Source: Candidatus Dojkabacteria bacterium
Lineage (GTDB): Bacteria; Patescibacteriota; Dojkabacteria; JAOAGR01
NCBI GenBank assembly: GCA_025999155.1
Contig: AP026679.1
Coordinates: 227,996 to 291,995 of the forward strand
Direction of reading: 5' to 3'
DNA: 64,000 nucleotides
Notes under the pieces: generated by a model
What the model saw: the letters and a program-made list of their open reading frames with translations, nothing else
Told to the model about the DNA's origin: nothing
Databases searched by the model: none
Shown: positions 10,819 to 19,259 of the stretch, one piece after another
Layout of the letters: every line of letters starts with the position of its first letter
Numbering within the stretch: position 1 is the first letter of the stretch
Position numbers and translations under genes: made by a program

Positions 10819-11565
10819 ATGAAACCAGAAAACGAACACATAAAAAGACAAGACGGAAGCACGAATAAACCATTAGAAAATCCACAAAACCGGAATCCAA
10901 ATCAGCCTTACGGAGTAGATACGGGAAGCCATCTAATAAGACCGCAAGGACCGGAAGAACAAGGTATACCAAAGAGTCAAGTAAGAATTATACAAAGCAT
11001 TATAGGATTGACACCATGGGGCAGATCCAGGTCACCAAAGAGACTACATCCATCAGCAGGAACAAACTCACAAATAGGTAACTCAGCAGAAAAAGCAGAG
11101 CCGGCTTGTTCACTGCAAGACACGTCTCTTTGGGAATGGGCAAAAGAGCCAAACAAGCACCCGTTACGGTTGTTAGGACTTTCTTTCATGGCGATGTTCA
11201 TGTCACCATTCAAACCCGGTATGAAAGTATTTGCCCTCGGATCACCAGAACCAAATCGTAGTGAATGGGGTGAATGGTTTAGAATAGAACTAGGAGGGGA
11301 AGTTCTAGACCGTCGGGGATGTTTTCCTGTGTCCAGATTCGTCACAGTTATGACAAAGCACGGAGAAACTCAGACTCTGTGGCCCGATATGTTGTTAATG
11401 CTAAATCTTGCAATGGCTAAACTTTATACACAAATTGGCGATCAGATAACTTTACCCGATGGAAACTATGGAAAAGTAGAAAGATTTGTATATGACCCTG
11501 ATTCGTACACCATCGCTGCTGTGGCCATCCAAGAAGACGGTGAGCTTGTATTAGTTCCTGTTTGA
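10819..11565 (+). CDS. tandem-paralog family protein 1: disordered N-terminal region plus PRC-barrel-like C-terminal domain
   Basis: The C-terminus LNLAMAKLYTQIGDQITLPDGNYGKVERFVYDPDSYTIAAVAIQEDGELVLVPV aligns with the C-termini of the 12198 and 13788 ORFs. The pattern G..V...DG..GkV.d...D...g.i..l.v...lvPv resembles a PRC barrel. GC content is higher than in the flanks. Confidence 0.55.
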   Translation: MKPENEHIKRQDGSTNKPLENPQNRNPNQPYGVDTGSHLIRPQGPEEQGIPKSQVRIIQSIIGLTPWGRSRSPKRLHPSAGTNSQIGNSAEKAEPACSLQDTSLWEWAKEPNKHPLRLLGLSFMAMFMSPFKPGMKVFALGSPEPNRSEWGEWFRIELGGEVLDRRGCFPVSRFVTVMTKHGETQTLWPDMLLMLNLAMAKLYTQIGDQITLPDGNYGKVERFVYDPDSYTIAAVAIQEDGELVLVPV

Positions 11566-11652
11566 AAGATTTAAAAGCGATTGTGTTATCAAGAACAAAG
11601 GCTATGTGATGTCGGAAGTTTTATACCTATTAGGGTCAACCTGTATGCTATT

Positions 11653-11887
11653 ATAGAGGCAGAAACTCTGCTCCAAGAGCAACTCTCAGTACATCGAAAT
11701 AATAACTAATTCGCATACTCGGCTGTCACACAAAGGTTATACCTACAGTCAAGGGATGTTTTCGTCTTGGTGGGGAGTCTTACGATTCAGTTTACTCCTA
11801 AGTTAACCCAATCAAACGACTTATGAGAATGCCTCTACAAAAACCAGAACATTCCTTAAACACAGCGCCAGGATGAATCCGTAGATT
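11653..11887. repeat. ~235-nt conserved non-coding element, copy 2
   Basis: It is a direct repeat of 10396-10631. Visible differences are one A deletion and three substitutions near the 3' end. It lies between paralog 1 and paralog 2. Confidence 0.7.
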
Positions 11888-12182
11888 GTTCAAGGATTGA
11901 TCGAATACTAAGCATATAATGCGACTCTTTTAAATCAGGGGTCTTATTGTTGACGCAACAAAAGTTAGCCAAGCTCAACAAGAAGCTCCAAAACAGACAC
12001 GGTGTACGGTCTCCAAACTATAATTATTATCTTATCGAAAAATCCTATTAATTAGAAATTTTGTGTATACGTGAACAAATTGTTACAAAATCATAAATTC
12101 TTCTGTATTGAGCCCGATAAACCTTCAAAAAACTTATAATAAATAACTAGAAATATTTGCTTGCATCACTCTGTTTTATAGT

Positions 12183-12200
12183 GTATAATCAGTCACTATG
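12183..12200 (+). promoter_or_regulatory. extended -10 (GTGTATAAT) 8 nt before the ATG; putative leaderless start of paralog 2
   Basis: gtgtataat-cagtcact-ATG has the same spacing as upstream of paralog 3 (13771-13790). No Shine-Dalgarno sequence is present. Confidence 0.4.
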
Positions 12201-13250
12201 GAAGGACCATACCAGCAGCCAATGGGGAATCCAAACGAAGGACCAGAAAGACCAGAAGGTCAAGAAGGGAAAACTCAAAACCCTACAAAAACACAAAAGG
12301 GTACAAGCAGTGCACTAAGGCGACAGCAACCAGATGCACAAAGAGGAATAAAAGGACAAAGAAGACCGAAACAAGGGACAGCCCCAGGACAAGGAATAGA
12401 AGTTCTACAAGGGCAGGCTCCAGACCCTATAGAAACGGGTACAAGCAGTGCACTAAGGCGACAGCAACCAGATGCACAAAGAGACATAGAAGGCCCAACT
12501 AACCCAACAGCACCCGAAGTACAAGAAACGGAGGTACAAGGGCCAAAAGGACGAGGCGGACCAAAAGGACAGAGACAAGAGGTACAAGGAATAGAAGGAC
12601 AAGGCGGAACAGAAGGATCCGGGTTATCGGTAGAACAAAGATCATCAGAAGAACCAAGGTCATCAGAAGGGCCGAGGCCATCAGAAGGAACAGGGGGATC
12701 AGAAGGAACAAACTTCCAAATAGGTCAGTCAGTACCTCCAGAAAGTGTTTGGGGAGCAAAACCTCCTCTGTCAGATCAGCCCAAACGATTGCGCCCGCTT
12801 TTTTATTGGGCAAATAGGTTCAGGGAGGGTAGCTTTTTGCAGCGACTGGAAGCTCAATTCAAAGCGTGGTTCGGGCAACCGTTTGTAAAAGGTTCTCGAA
12901 TCCTGGTACCACGATCAGGTAGTAAAAAAATAGAGGATTGGGAAGTGATAAGTTACAAAGGACTACGACTCTTCCCTTGGTCAAGAAGAGTCATACTTGC
13001 ACACCCAAATGGCCCAGAATACGGAACGAAGGAGATGCCTCTTGGCTCTTTGGTAAAATTTAATCTTGTGATGACTAAACTTTATGCTGAGCACATGAAT
13101 AAAGGGGTAACCTTACCAAATGGGGAAAAAGGGGTAGTAACCGGATATGTATATCGGCACGAGTCTGGAACCATCTATGCTTTGGTAAGGCGAGACCTTC
13201 GTTACCGTAGCGAAATCGTAGCAGTTGCTGTTCAAAGGGTTGAAATTTAA
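12198..13250 (+). CDS. tandem-paralog family protein 2: long Gly/Pro/Gln/Glu-rich low-complexity N-terminus plus PRC-barrel-like C-terminal domain
   Basis: The C-terminus KFNLVMTKLYAEHMNKGVTLPNGEKGVVTGYVYRHESGTIYALV is homologous to paralogs 1 and 3. The N-terminal ~200 aa are low complexity and include a perfect 47-nt internal direct repeat (12299-12345 and 12437-12483, encoding GTSSALRRQQPDAQR). Confidence 0.55.
   Translation: MEGPYQQPMGNPNEGPERPEGQEGKTQNPTKTQKGTSSALRRQQPDAQRGIKGQRRPKQGTAPGQGIEVLQGQAPDPIETGTSSALRRQQPDAQRDIEGPTNPTAPEVQETEVQGPKGRGGPKGQRQEVQGIEGQGGTEGSGLSVEQRSSEEPRSSEGPRPSEGTGGSEGTNFQIGQSVPPESVWGAKPPLSDQPKRLRPLFYWANRFREGSFLQRLEAQFKAWFGQPFVKGSRILVPRSGSKKIEDWEVISYKGLRLFPWSRRVILAHPNGPEYGTKEMPLGSLVKFNLVMTKLYAEHMNKGVTLPNGEKGVVTGYVYRHESGTIYALVRRDLRYRSEIVAVAVQRVEI
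12299..12483 (+). repeat. two perfect 47-nt direct repeats (12299-12345, 12437-12483) inside the paralog-2 coding region
   Basis: gggtacaagcagtgcactaaggcgacagcaaccagatgcacaaagag occurs twice, 138 nt apart and in frame. Confidence 0.85.
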
Positions 13251-13309
13251 AAACGCTTGTATTATTCAAAATAAAGGCTGTATAATGCTGGAAGTTCTAT
13301 ACCTACTTC

Positions 13310-13317
13310 GGGGGGGG
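13310..13317. repeat. homopolymeric G8 tract (intergenic, between paralog 2 and 3)
   Basis: cttcggggggggcttttg is read directly. Such a run is rare at this GC content. Confidence 0.9.
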
Positions 13318-13360
13318 CTTTTGTCTACCTCCCGCCGTTTTATTTATTAAAAAGTAATCC

Positions 13361-13432
13361 GCCCCTTCGAATATTTCTACGCAGGGTTTGCCAGAGAATC
13401 TATAATCAAGGGTAAATCCAGTTCATTCTGGG
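13361..13432 (-). pseudogene. duplicated fragment of the def 5' coding region (non-functional relic)
   Basis: aaagtaatccgccccttcgaatatttctacgcagggtttgccagagaatctataatcaagggtaaatcc is ~80% identical to 10016-10090, inside def residues ~25-55. Orientation is the same as the original. No ORF is intact. Confidence 0.5.
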
Positions 13433-13770
13433 GTCAACCCATATGCCATGATAAAAGCTAAACCTATTCTCAAAAAATAAGTCGCAGCACATCGAAATAA
13501 GGACTAAAGTCCACGCTTTTAAATCGAGGTATTATTGAAGCAGCAAAAGCAAACCAGGCTAAACAAGAAACTCCAGAACAAAAACTGTATACGTGGACAT
13601 CACACTACAATCATTATTTTATGCAAAAATCTTATTAATCAGGATTTTAGTGCATATCAGTTTACTGATTTTTCCAATATCATAAATCAGCTGTTTTGTC
13701 CAATTAAAGCTGAAGAGAAGATTCATAACGTGGTGACAACTAGGCATAGTTGCGTGGAATGATATCGATA

Positions 13771-13790
13771 GTGTATAATTAAATACTATG
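13771..13790 (+). promoter_or_regulatory. extended -10 (GTGTATAAT) 8 nt before the ATG; putative leaderless start of paralog 3
   Basis: agtgtataat-taaatact-ATG repeats the geometry seen at paralog 2. Confidence 0.4.
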
Positions 13791-14669
13791 TTAAATCCAG
13801 AAGGACAGCACCAATGGAGTGCCCGAAAAGAAGAAGGCAACCTTTCACGAGAAGATGGTGAACTAGGACGGGGCATCCAACAAAGTGGACCAGAGCAAAA
13901 TCAGAATTCACAGCCACACGGGGGCTTTCAGAGATGGGCAGAGAATATAATGAATGGGCTGCAAGGTGTTTGGGGTGAGTTGTTTGGCCAGCAACCACGG
14001 CGCCTGATAGAATTTTCACTCCCACCAGAATACAAAGAACTTTTATCTCTTTTATCTCTTTCTCGGCAGGACTACGCAAACCTTGCTCTATGGGCGCAGG
14101 AAAGGCGTAAAACAGAACAAAATCCGGTTAGTTTATTAAAATGTTTTGTGATGGAGAACATCTTAAATCAGCCGCCATTCCCCCGTGGTATGGTAGTAGT
14201 TTATCCGGCATCGCAATTGCCAGGTACTACTCATACTGGTGCTGAGATTGGTCCTTGGTTTGTATTAGGAACGGGGAAAGTTACAGGTAGGGGAGGAATT
14301 TTTCCTGGAATTTTTCCTGGTTTCGGACAAGTCAAAATTGAAAACTCAGGAAAGATCAAAATTATTGAAAGATTCTTAGGAATATTCTCAACTGGAATCT
14401 TAAACGAAAGCTTACAAATAGTGGTAACAAGACCGGAGCCTTATTCCTGGGAGTTGGTAAGGTTAAATCGAGAAATTCTTCATCTGTACGGTCAAATCGG
14501 CAATAAGGTAACGTTACTCGGTGGAATACGAATAACAGGTGAAGTGGTCGGATTTGCATATAATGATAGTACTAGAATCATCGCTGCTATAGTGGCCCTA
14601 GTTGGTGAAGGAAGAAGACCAGAAGAACAAAGGAGTATGGTATTAGTTCCTGTTAAAAGGCTAGGGTGA
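13788..14669 (+). CDS. tandem-paralog family protein 3: disordered N-terminus plus PRC-barrel-like C-terminal domain
   Basis: The C-terminus LNREILHLYGQIGNKVTLLGGIRITGEVVGFAYNDSTRIIAAIVALV...MVLVPVKRLG aligns with paralog 1, including the terminal LVLVPV. Confidence 0.55.
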   Translation: MLNPEGQHQWSARKEEGNLSREDGELGRGIQQSGPEQNQNSQPHGGFQRWAENIMNGLQGVWGELFGQQPRRLIEFSLPPEYKELLSLLSLSRQDYANLALWAQERRKTEQNPVSLLKCFVMENILNQPPFPRGMVVVYPASQLPGTTHTGAEIGPWFVLGTGKVTGRGGIFPGIFPGFGQVKIENSGKIKIIERFLGIFSTGILNESLQIVVTRPEPYSWELVRLNREILHLYGQIGNKVTLLGGIRITGEVVGFAYNDSTRIIAAIVALVGEGRRPEEQRSMVLVPVKRLG

Positions 14670-14759
14670 AAGAGTTTTAATGCATAATTTTCAAGGAATT
14701 GGAGCGCTTCAATGTTTCTTGTATTAAGATATACTACGATTGAGTTGTGTGGTGTAACT

Positions 14760-15359
14760 TTAGCTTCCGAGTTTGTCTTTTAGCTCCAAAAGAGCAGCTT
14801 CTACCTTACAATTACTTTGCAGTAGTTTTATAGCTCTTTCTAGTGCTAAAATAGACAAGTAGTTACTATCATGCATACTTAACAAATACTGATACTCTAA
14901 TAATCTATTGATCACTTGCTCTCTATCCAGATTCACAAGTTCATCAAACTCAATATTCACCACTTCTGGAGAAGATATAAAAGACAAAGCTCTGCCTTGA
15001 GAATCTCTACAAAATATTTCAACACAACGCGACCTTATAGTCGGCAATATTGCATTAATATTGCTAACAGTCATAAAGATTGTTTTGTTGGTATCTTCCA
15101 GGACTTTGAGCAAGATGTTTTGAGACACGGGTGAGATTAAATCAGCCTGGACAATCAGGTATATATTTAGAACTTCTGTCTGTACACTAGTAAGATTAAC
15201 TTTCCGGATGAAATCACGTATGGCATCAATCGAATATTTCCCATCATTAGGAGTCATAGTATGAAAGACAAGCTTTTTATCCTGATAATTTAATAATTTC
15301 TCAATCTCTGAACTCAAAAAAGCAATTTCATGCAATTGTGTAATCAGTAAATACTTCAT
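14760..15359 (-). CDS. DNA polymerase III delta-prime-like clamp-loader subunit, short form lacking the P-loop
   Basis: It has the ILPTIRSRC sensor-1/SRC motif typical of HolB and gamma/tau subunits. It is only 199 aa and has no Walker A. Confidence 0.5.
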   Translation of the reverse strand: MKYLLITQLHEIAFLSSEIEKLLNYQDKKLVFHTMTPNDGKYSIDAIRDFIRKVNLTSVQTEVLNIYLIVQADLISPVSQNILLKVLEDTNKTIFMTVSNINAILPTIRSRCVEIFCRDSQGRALSFISSPEVVNIEFDELVNLDREQVINRLLEYQYLLSMHDSNYLSILALERAIKLLQSNCKVEAALLELKDKLGS

Positions 15360-15417
15360 AATATGATTCTACTAGATTTTTGACATTCTAATATTTTTTG
15401 CATAGACTGATCCAGAT

Positions 15418-17205
15418 ATGCCCCAATCAACTCCAAAAAGCACGTTGGATGTCTTAATAAACCAAGGTGTTATTGACCTAGCAAAGGCCAACCAAGCTAA
15501 GCAGGAAAGTGTTTATCGTCACATCTCTCCCGAACAAATACTGATAGATAAAGGATGGGCAACCCCCGTAGATATAGCTAAAGCTCAATCCGTACTTTAC
15601 GGGATCCCATATATAAATATAACAGATCTAATTATTAGTAACGAACTAACTAATTTATACTCTGAATCAGAGGCATTACAGGCCAAAATATTACTGTTTG
15701 AAAAAAACGAAGATGTTTATAAGGCTGCAATGGTCAATCCTCTTGATATACAGACCATTCGCCTATTTGAAAGAAAAATCAATGGAAGATTACAAGTCTA
15801 TATAACTACGGAATCCGATCTGATCAATAAAATTAAAGCTGTATTCTCAAGTAATATCGGAAATCAAATCACAAATGTTGTCGAAAAAGCTATTTCAGAA
15901 TCCGAATATATAGACTTAACTTCCGTCAAAAGTGAAAAACTCGAAAACATAGAAAATATAGATATCAACAATACTCCTATTGCAAAAGTCATAAACATAA
16001 TTCTGGATACGGCTATCCAAGAAAAAGCATCCGATATACACATCGAACCATTCGAAAAACGCATGAGAGTGCGGTTTAGAATTCATGGTATATTAACTGA
16101 AAAATTAAGATTACCCATACAGATAGGACCGTCTCTCGTATCAAGAATAAAAATCCTTGGGAAGATGCCGATCGATGAGAAACGCAAACCTTTAGATGGA
16201 AGATTTCAAGTAAAATCAGGGGACCAAGAAATCGATTTACGTATATCATCTCTTCCGACTGTATTAGGTGAAAAGATGGTCATTCGTCTTTTACGTAAAG
16301 ATCTAGGTATCCATAGTCTTGAGGACACAGGAATGAGGGGGCAAGCACTTAAAACCTTTAAAGAAGGATTAAAATCTACATCTGGAATCATATTAGTGAC
16401 TGGTCCAACTGGATCAGGGAAAACTGTAACTATGGCAACTGCGATGTCATTATTAAACAAACCAGAAGTCAACATTGTTTCTGTTGAAGATCCAGTCGAA
16501 ATTCGAATTCCTGGCGTCAATCAAGTACAAGTCAATGTCGAAGCAGGGCTCACATTTGCCAATGCATTAAGATCCTTTTTACGACAGGACCCTGATATTA
16601 TCAGTGTTGGAGAAATACGTGATGCCGAAACTGCTGAGCTTGCGGCTCAGGCATCTCTAACAGGACATTTGGTTATTTCAACATTACACACAAATAGTGC
16701 AGCAGGGGCCTTGCCTCGGCTCTTAGATATGGGCATTGAACCGTATATCATAGCTTCATCTGTACACATATGTGCAGCGCAAAGGTTATGCCGTCGTATA
16801 TGTCCTCACTGTAAAGAAGTATACAATCCTAGTGAGGCAGAATTGATGGAACTCAGAAGAGTACTCAGCGAAACAAAAGAATTTAATGAACAAAAGGCTA
16901 TAGAGTTTCAGCAAAAATACATTTTAAAAAACGAAAATGTATCTCCAGCAGCACAACTTGTACTATTTCGGGGGAAAGGCTGTCCTAAATGTAATAATAC
17001 AGGATATTCTGGAAGAGTCGGTATATTTGAGGTTTTGAAAGTCACTGAGAAAATTTCGGCTCTCGTTATGCAACACGCATCCTCCGATGTCATCGAACGA
17101 GCAGCCACCGAAGATGGGATGATAAAAATGATACAAGACGGTTACTTTAAATGTATCGAGGGTATAACAACTATCGAGGAAGTTCAAAGGGTAATTCATT
17201 CTTAA
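15418..17205 (+). CDS. pilB: type IV pilus assembly ATPase PilB (GspE family)
   Basis: It has an N-terminal GSPII_E_N-like domain, Walker A GPTGSGKT, Asp and His boxes, and a tetracysteine CPHC...CPKC zinc motif. Confidence 0.9.
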   Translation: MPQSTPKSTLDVLINQGVIDLAKANQAKQESVYRHISPEQILIDKGWATPVDIAKAQSVLYGIPYINITDLIISNELTNLYSESEALQAKILLFEKNEDVYKAAMVNPLDIQTIRLFERKINGRLQVYITTESDLINKIKAVFSSNIGNQITNVVEKAISESEYIDLTSVKSEKLENIENIDINNTPIAKVINIILDTAIQEKASDIHIEPFEKRMRVRFRIHGILTEKLRLPIQIGPSLVSRIKILGKMPIDEKRKPLDGRFQVKSGDQEIDLRISSLPTVLGEKMVIRLLRKDLGIHSLEDTGMRGQALKTFKEGLKSTSGIILVTGPTGSGKTVTMATAMSLLNKPEVNIVSVEDPVEIRIPGVNQVQVNVEAGLTFANALRSFLRQDPDIISVGEIRDAETAELAAQASLTGHLVISTLHTNSAAGALPRLLDMGIEPYIIASSVHICAAQRLCRRICPHCKEVYNPSEAELMELRRVLSETKEFNEQKAIEFQQKYILKNENVSPAAQLVLFRGKGCPKCNNTGYSGRVGIFEVLKVTEKISALVMQHASSDVIERAATEDGMIKMIQDGYFKCIEGITTIEEVQRVIHS

Positions 17206-17229
17206 AAAGGTTAATTTTTATTTTGATAT

Positions 17230-19209
17230 TTGTTGCAAAATGTACTAAATTGTTTTTGTACGCTTTATATTAAACATACTGCTATGTCTGATCAGCAAAA
17301 TAACCAACAAAATATGAGTCAATACAATAATGATGAACGACAATTATCAAGTACACCGAACGTCAATGGCTACATGTCTCCATATGCCAACCAAGTCCCC
17401 CAGTATACAGTATTGGATCAAAGTAATCCAATATCCTCAAACAATCAATTTGTTCAGACTCAACAACAATCACCGCAGTCCCAACAATCAGGATCTCCTG
17501 AACCGCCAACGACTAATATCCAGGATTTAATGTCTTACATCAACACACCAAATCGCAACGTGACAAATACAACCAATGTCAATAATCCATACGTACAAAA
17601 CCTACAAAATATTGATATTCCAAAGAATTTGGAGGAAGTCTTGCAAGACTCTGCTTATAAACCAAGCCTACAAACTACCAGTGAAGCCTTGTCAGAGAAC
17701 TCAGCTCTATACAGAAATGAACAACCAGCTATACACGATCAAAATAAGCAATCTTACGCTCAAGAAAATTCATCACATGCAGATGCTAAAATAAAACACC
17801 CAGAATCGCATTTGGACCAAAAACCACATAGTGAAATTCTCGGTTTAGGTCCAAACTTTTCTCCAAGCTTAGTTAACCAAAATCTGAATACTGTAAATAC
17901 TGTGAGTGTGGAACAAACTAACTCTCCATTTGTCGGTAATGATAATAACAAAACAAATCCCACAGCAGATGTAATGCAAAATTCAGAAATTCCTTCAGTA
18001 CATAATGTAGTTGCCTCCGAACCTCTACAAACAAATCAAAATGTCACAAACACCGTCGTCAGTAATTCTGGAAATGACACTCTTGTTTCCAACAGAACTA
18101 GGGATTTCAATCCAGAAGTTGATTTAGTAATCAAAAATCAACCTCAAAAACACACCGACATAAAAGAATTACTTCAATTGACTCTAGATAAAGATGCATC
18201 TGATCTGCATATTGCGTCAAATTATCCTCCTTTTATAAGAATTGATGATAAATTAGTCCCTGTCGGGGAAATATTAGAACCAAATGACGTAAAAAACTTA
18301 GTGTATCAAGTTTTGTCTACGAATCATCGGGAGTTATTTGAAGTCAATAAAGAAATCGATTTATCATATCAATTTGAAAATAAGGCGCGTTTTAGAATCA
18401 ATGCATATTATGAAAAAGGCAATATCGCTGCAGCCTTTAGACCTATACCGACAAAGATTAGGTCTATAAAGGATCTTGGTCTACCCGCAATTCTGCTAGA
18501 TATAGCAAATGCACCACAAGGTTTATTTCTCGTTACAGGTCCGACAGGCTCCGGGAAATCGACCACTCTTGCGGCCATGATTCAGCATATCAATGAGACA
18601 TCTCCCAAACATGTTGTCACTATTGAAGATCCTATCGAATATGTATATCCCAGAGGTACGGCGATCATTAATCAGAGAGAGCTTGGTACAGATACTCATG
18701 ATTGGAATATTGCTATGAAAAGTGCGTTACGCCAAGATCCTGACGTAATTCTAATCGGAGAGTTACGAGACTTTGAAACCATACAATTAGCAATAACGCT
18801 AGCAGAGACTGGGCATTTAGTATTTTCCACTTTACACACATACAGTACGAGTCAAGCAGTAGATCGTATTTTAGATGTCTTTCCTCCTCATCAACAACAG
18901 CAAATACGTACTCAGCTTGGAGGCACTCTGAAAGGCGTATTGAGCCAGAGACTCGTACCAATGATAGGAGGCGGTAGATGTGCTGCAATAGAGCTCTTAA
19001 TTGTGACTTCAGCTGTTCAAACTTTAATTCGCGAAGGTAAGACTTATCAAATAGATAATGTCATAGAAACCAGTGCAGAATCGGGCATGGTTCTGCTCGA
19101 AAAATCTTTGGTAAAACTCGTACGACAAGGCAAAATTTCCGCAGCAACAGCACAAAATTATGCAATCAGACCAGAGAGAATCATCAAAATGCTTAAAGCA
19201 CAAAATTAA
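17230..19209 (+). CDS. pilT: PilT-family twitching-motility/retraction ATPase with ~300-aa Q/N/S/T-rich N-terminal extension
   Basis: The C-terminal ~350 aa read ...FLVTGPTGSGKSTTLAAMIQHIN...GELRDFETIQLAITLAETGHLVFSTLHT, a PilT signature. The N-terminal 300 aa are low-complexity Gln/Asn-rich. Confidence 0.85.
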   Translation: MLQNVLNCFCTLYIKHTAMSDQQNNQQNMSQYNNDERQLSSTPNVNGYMSPYANQVPQYTVLDQSNPISSNNQFVQTQQQSPQSQQSGSPEPPTTNIQDLMSYINTPNRNVTNTTNVNNPYVQNLQNIDIPKNLEEVLQDSAYKPSLQTTSEALSENSALYRNEQPAIHDQNKQSYAQENSSHADAKIKHPESHLDQKPHSEILGLGPNFSPSLVNQNLNTVNTVSVEQTNSPFVGNDNNKTNPTADVMQNSEIPSVHNVVASEPLQTNQNVTNTVVSNSGNDTLVSNRTRDFNPEVDLVIKNQPQKHTDIKELLQLTLDKDASDLHIASNYPPFIRIDDKLVPVGEILEPNDVKNLVYQVLSTNHRELFEVNKEIDLSYQFENKARFRINAYYEKGNIAAAFRPIPTKIRSIKDLGLPAILLDIANAPQGLFLVTGPTGSGKSTTLAAMIQHINETSPKHVVTIEDPIEYVYPRGTAIINQRELGTDTHDWNIAMKSALRQDPDVILIGELRDFETIQLAITLAETGHLVFSTLHTYSTSQAVDRILDVFPPHQQQQIRTQLGGTLKGVLSQRLVPMIGGGRCAAIELLIVTSAVQTLIREGKTYQIDNVIETSAESGMVLLEKSLVKLVRQGKISAATAQNYAIRPERIIKMLKAQN

Positions 19210-19259
19210 CAAGACTATGAATTACTGTTATTATAATATTATCAATAACTACAACAAAG

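Noticed and set aside
10396-11887. Possibility that the 235-nt repeat pair is a DGR template/variable repeat pair or a retron
   Set aside because: The copies are non-coding, not at a gene 3' end, differ by non-adenine-specific changes, and no reverse transcriptase is present in the window.
10977-12813. Antisense ORFs 10977-11345, 12275-12487 and 12499-12813 inside the GC-rich paralog genes
   Set aside because: These are typical long antisense frames in GC-enriched coding sequence. The sense frames carry the conserved C-terminal domain.
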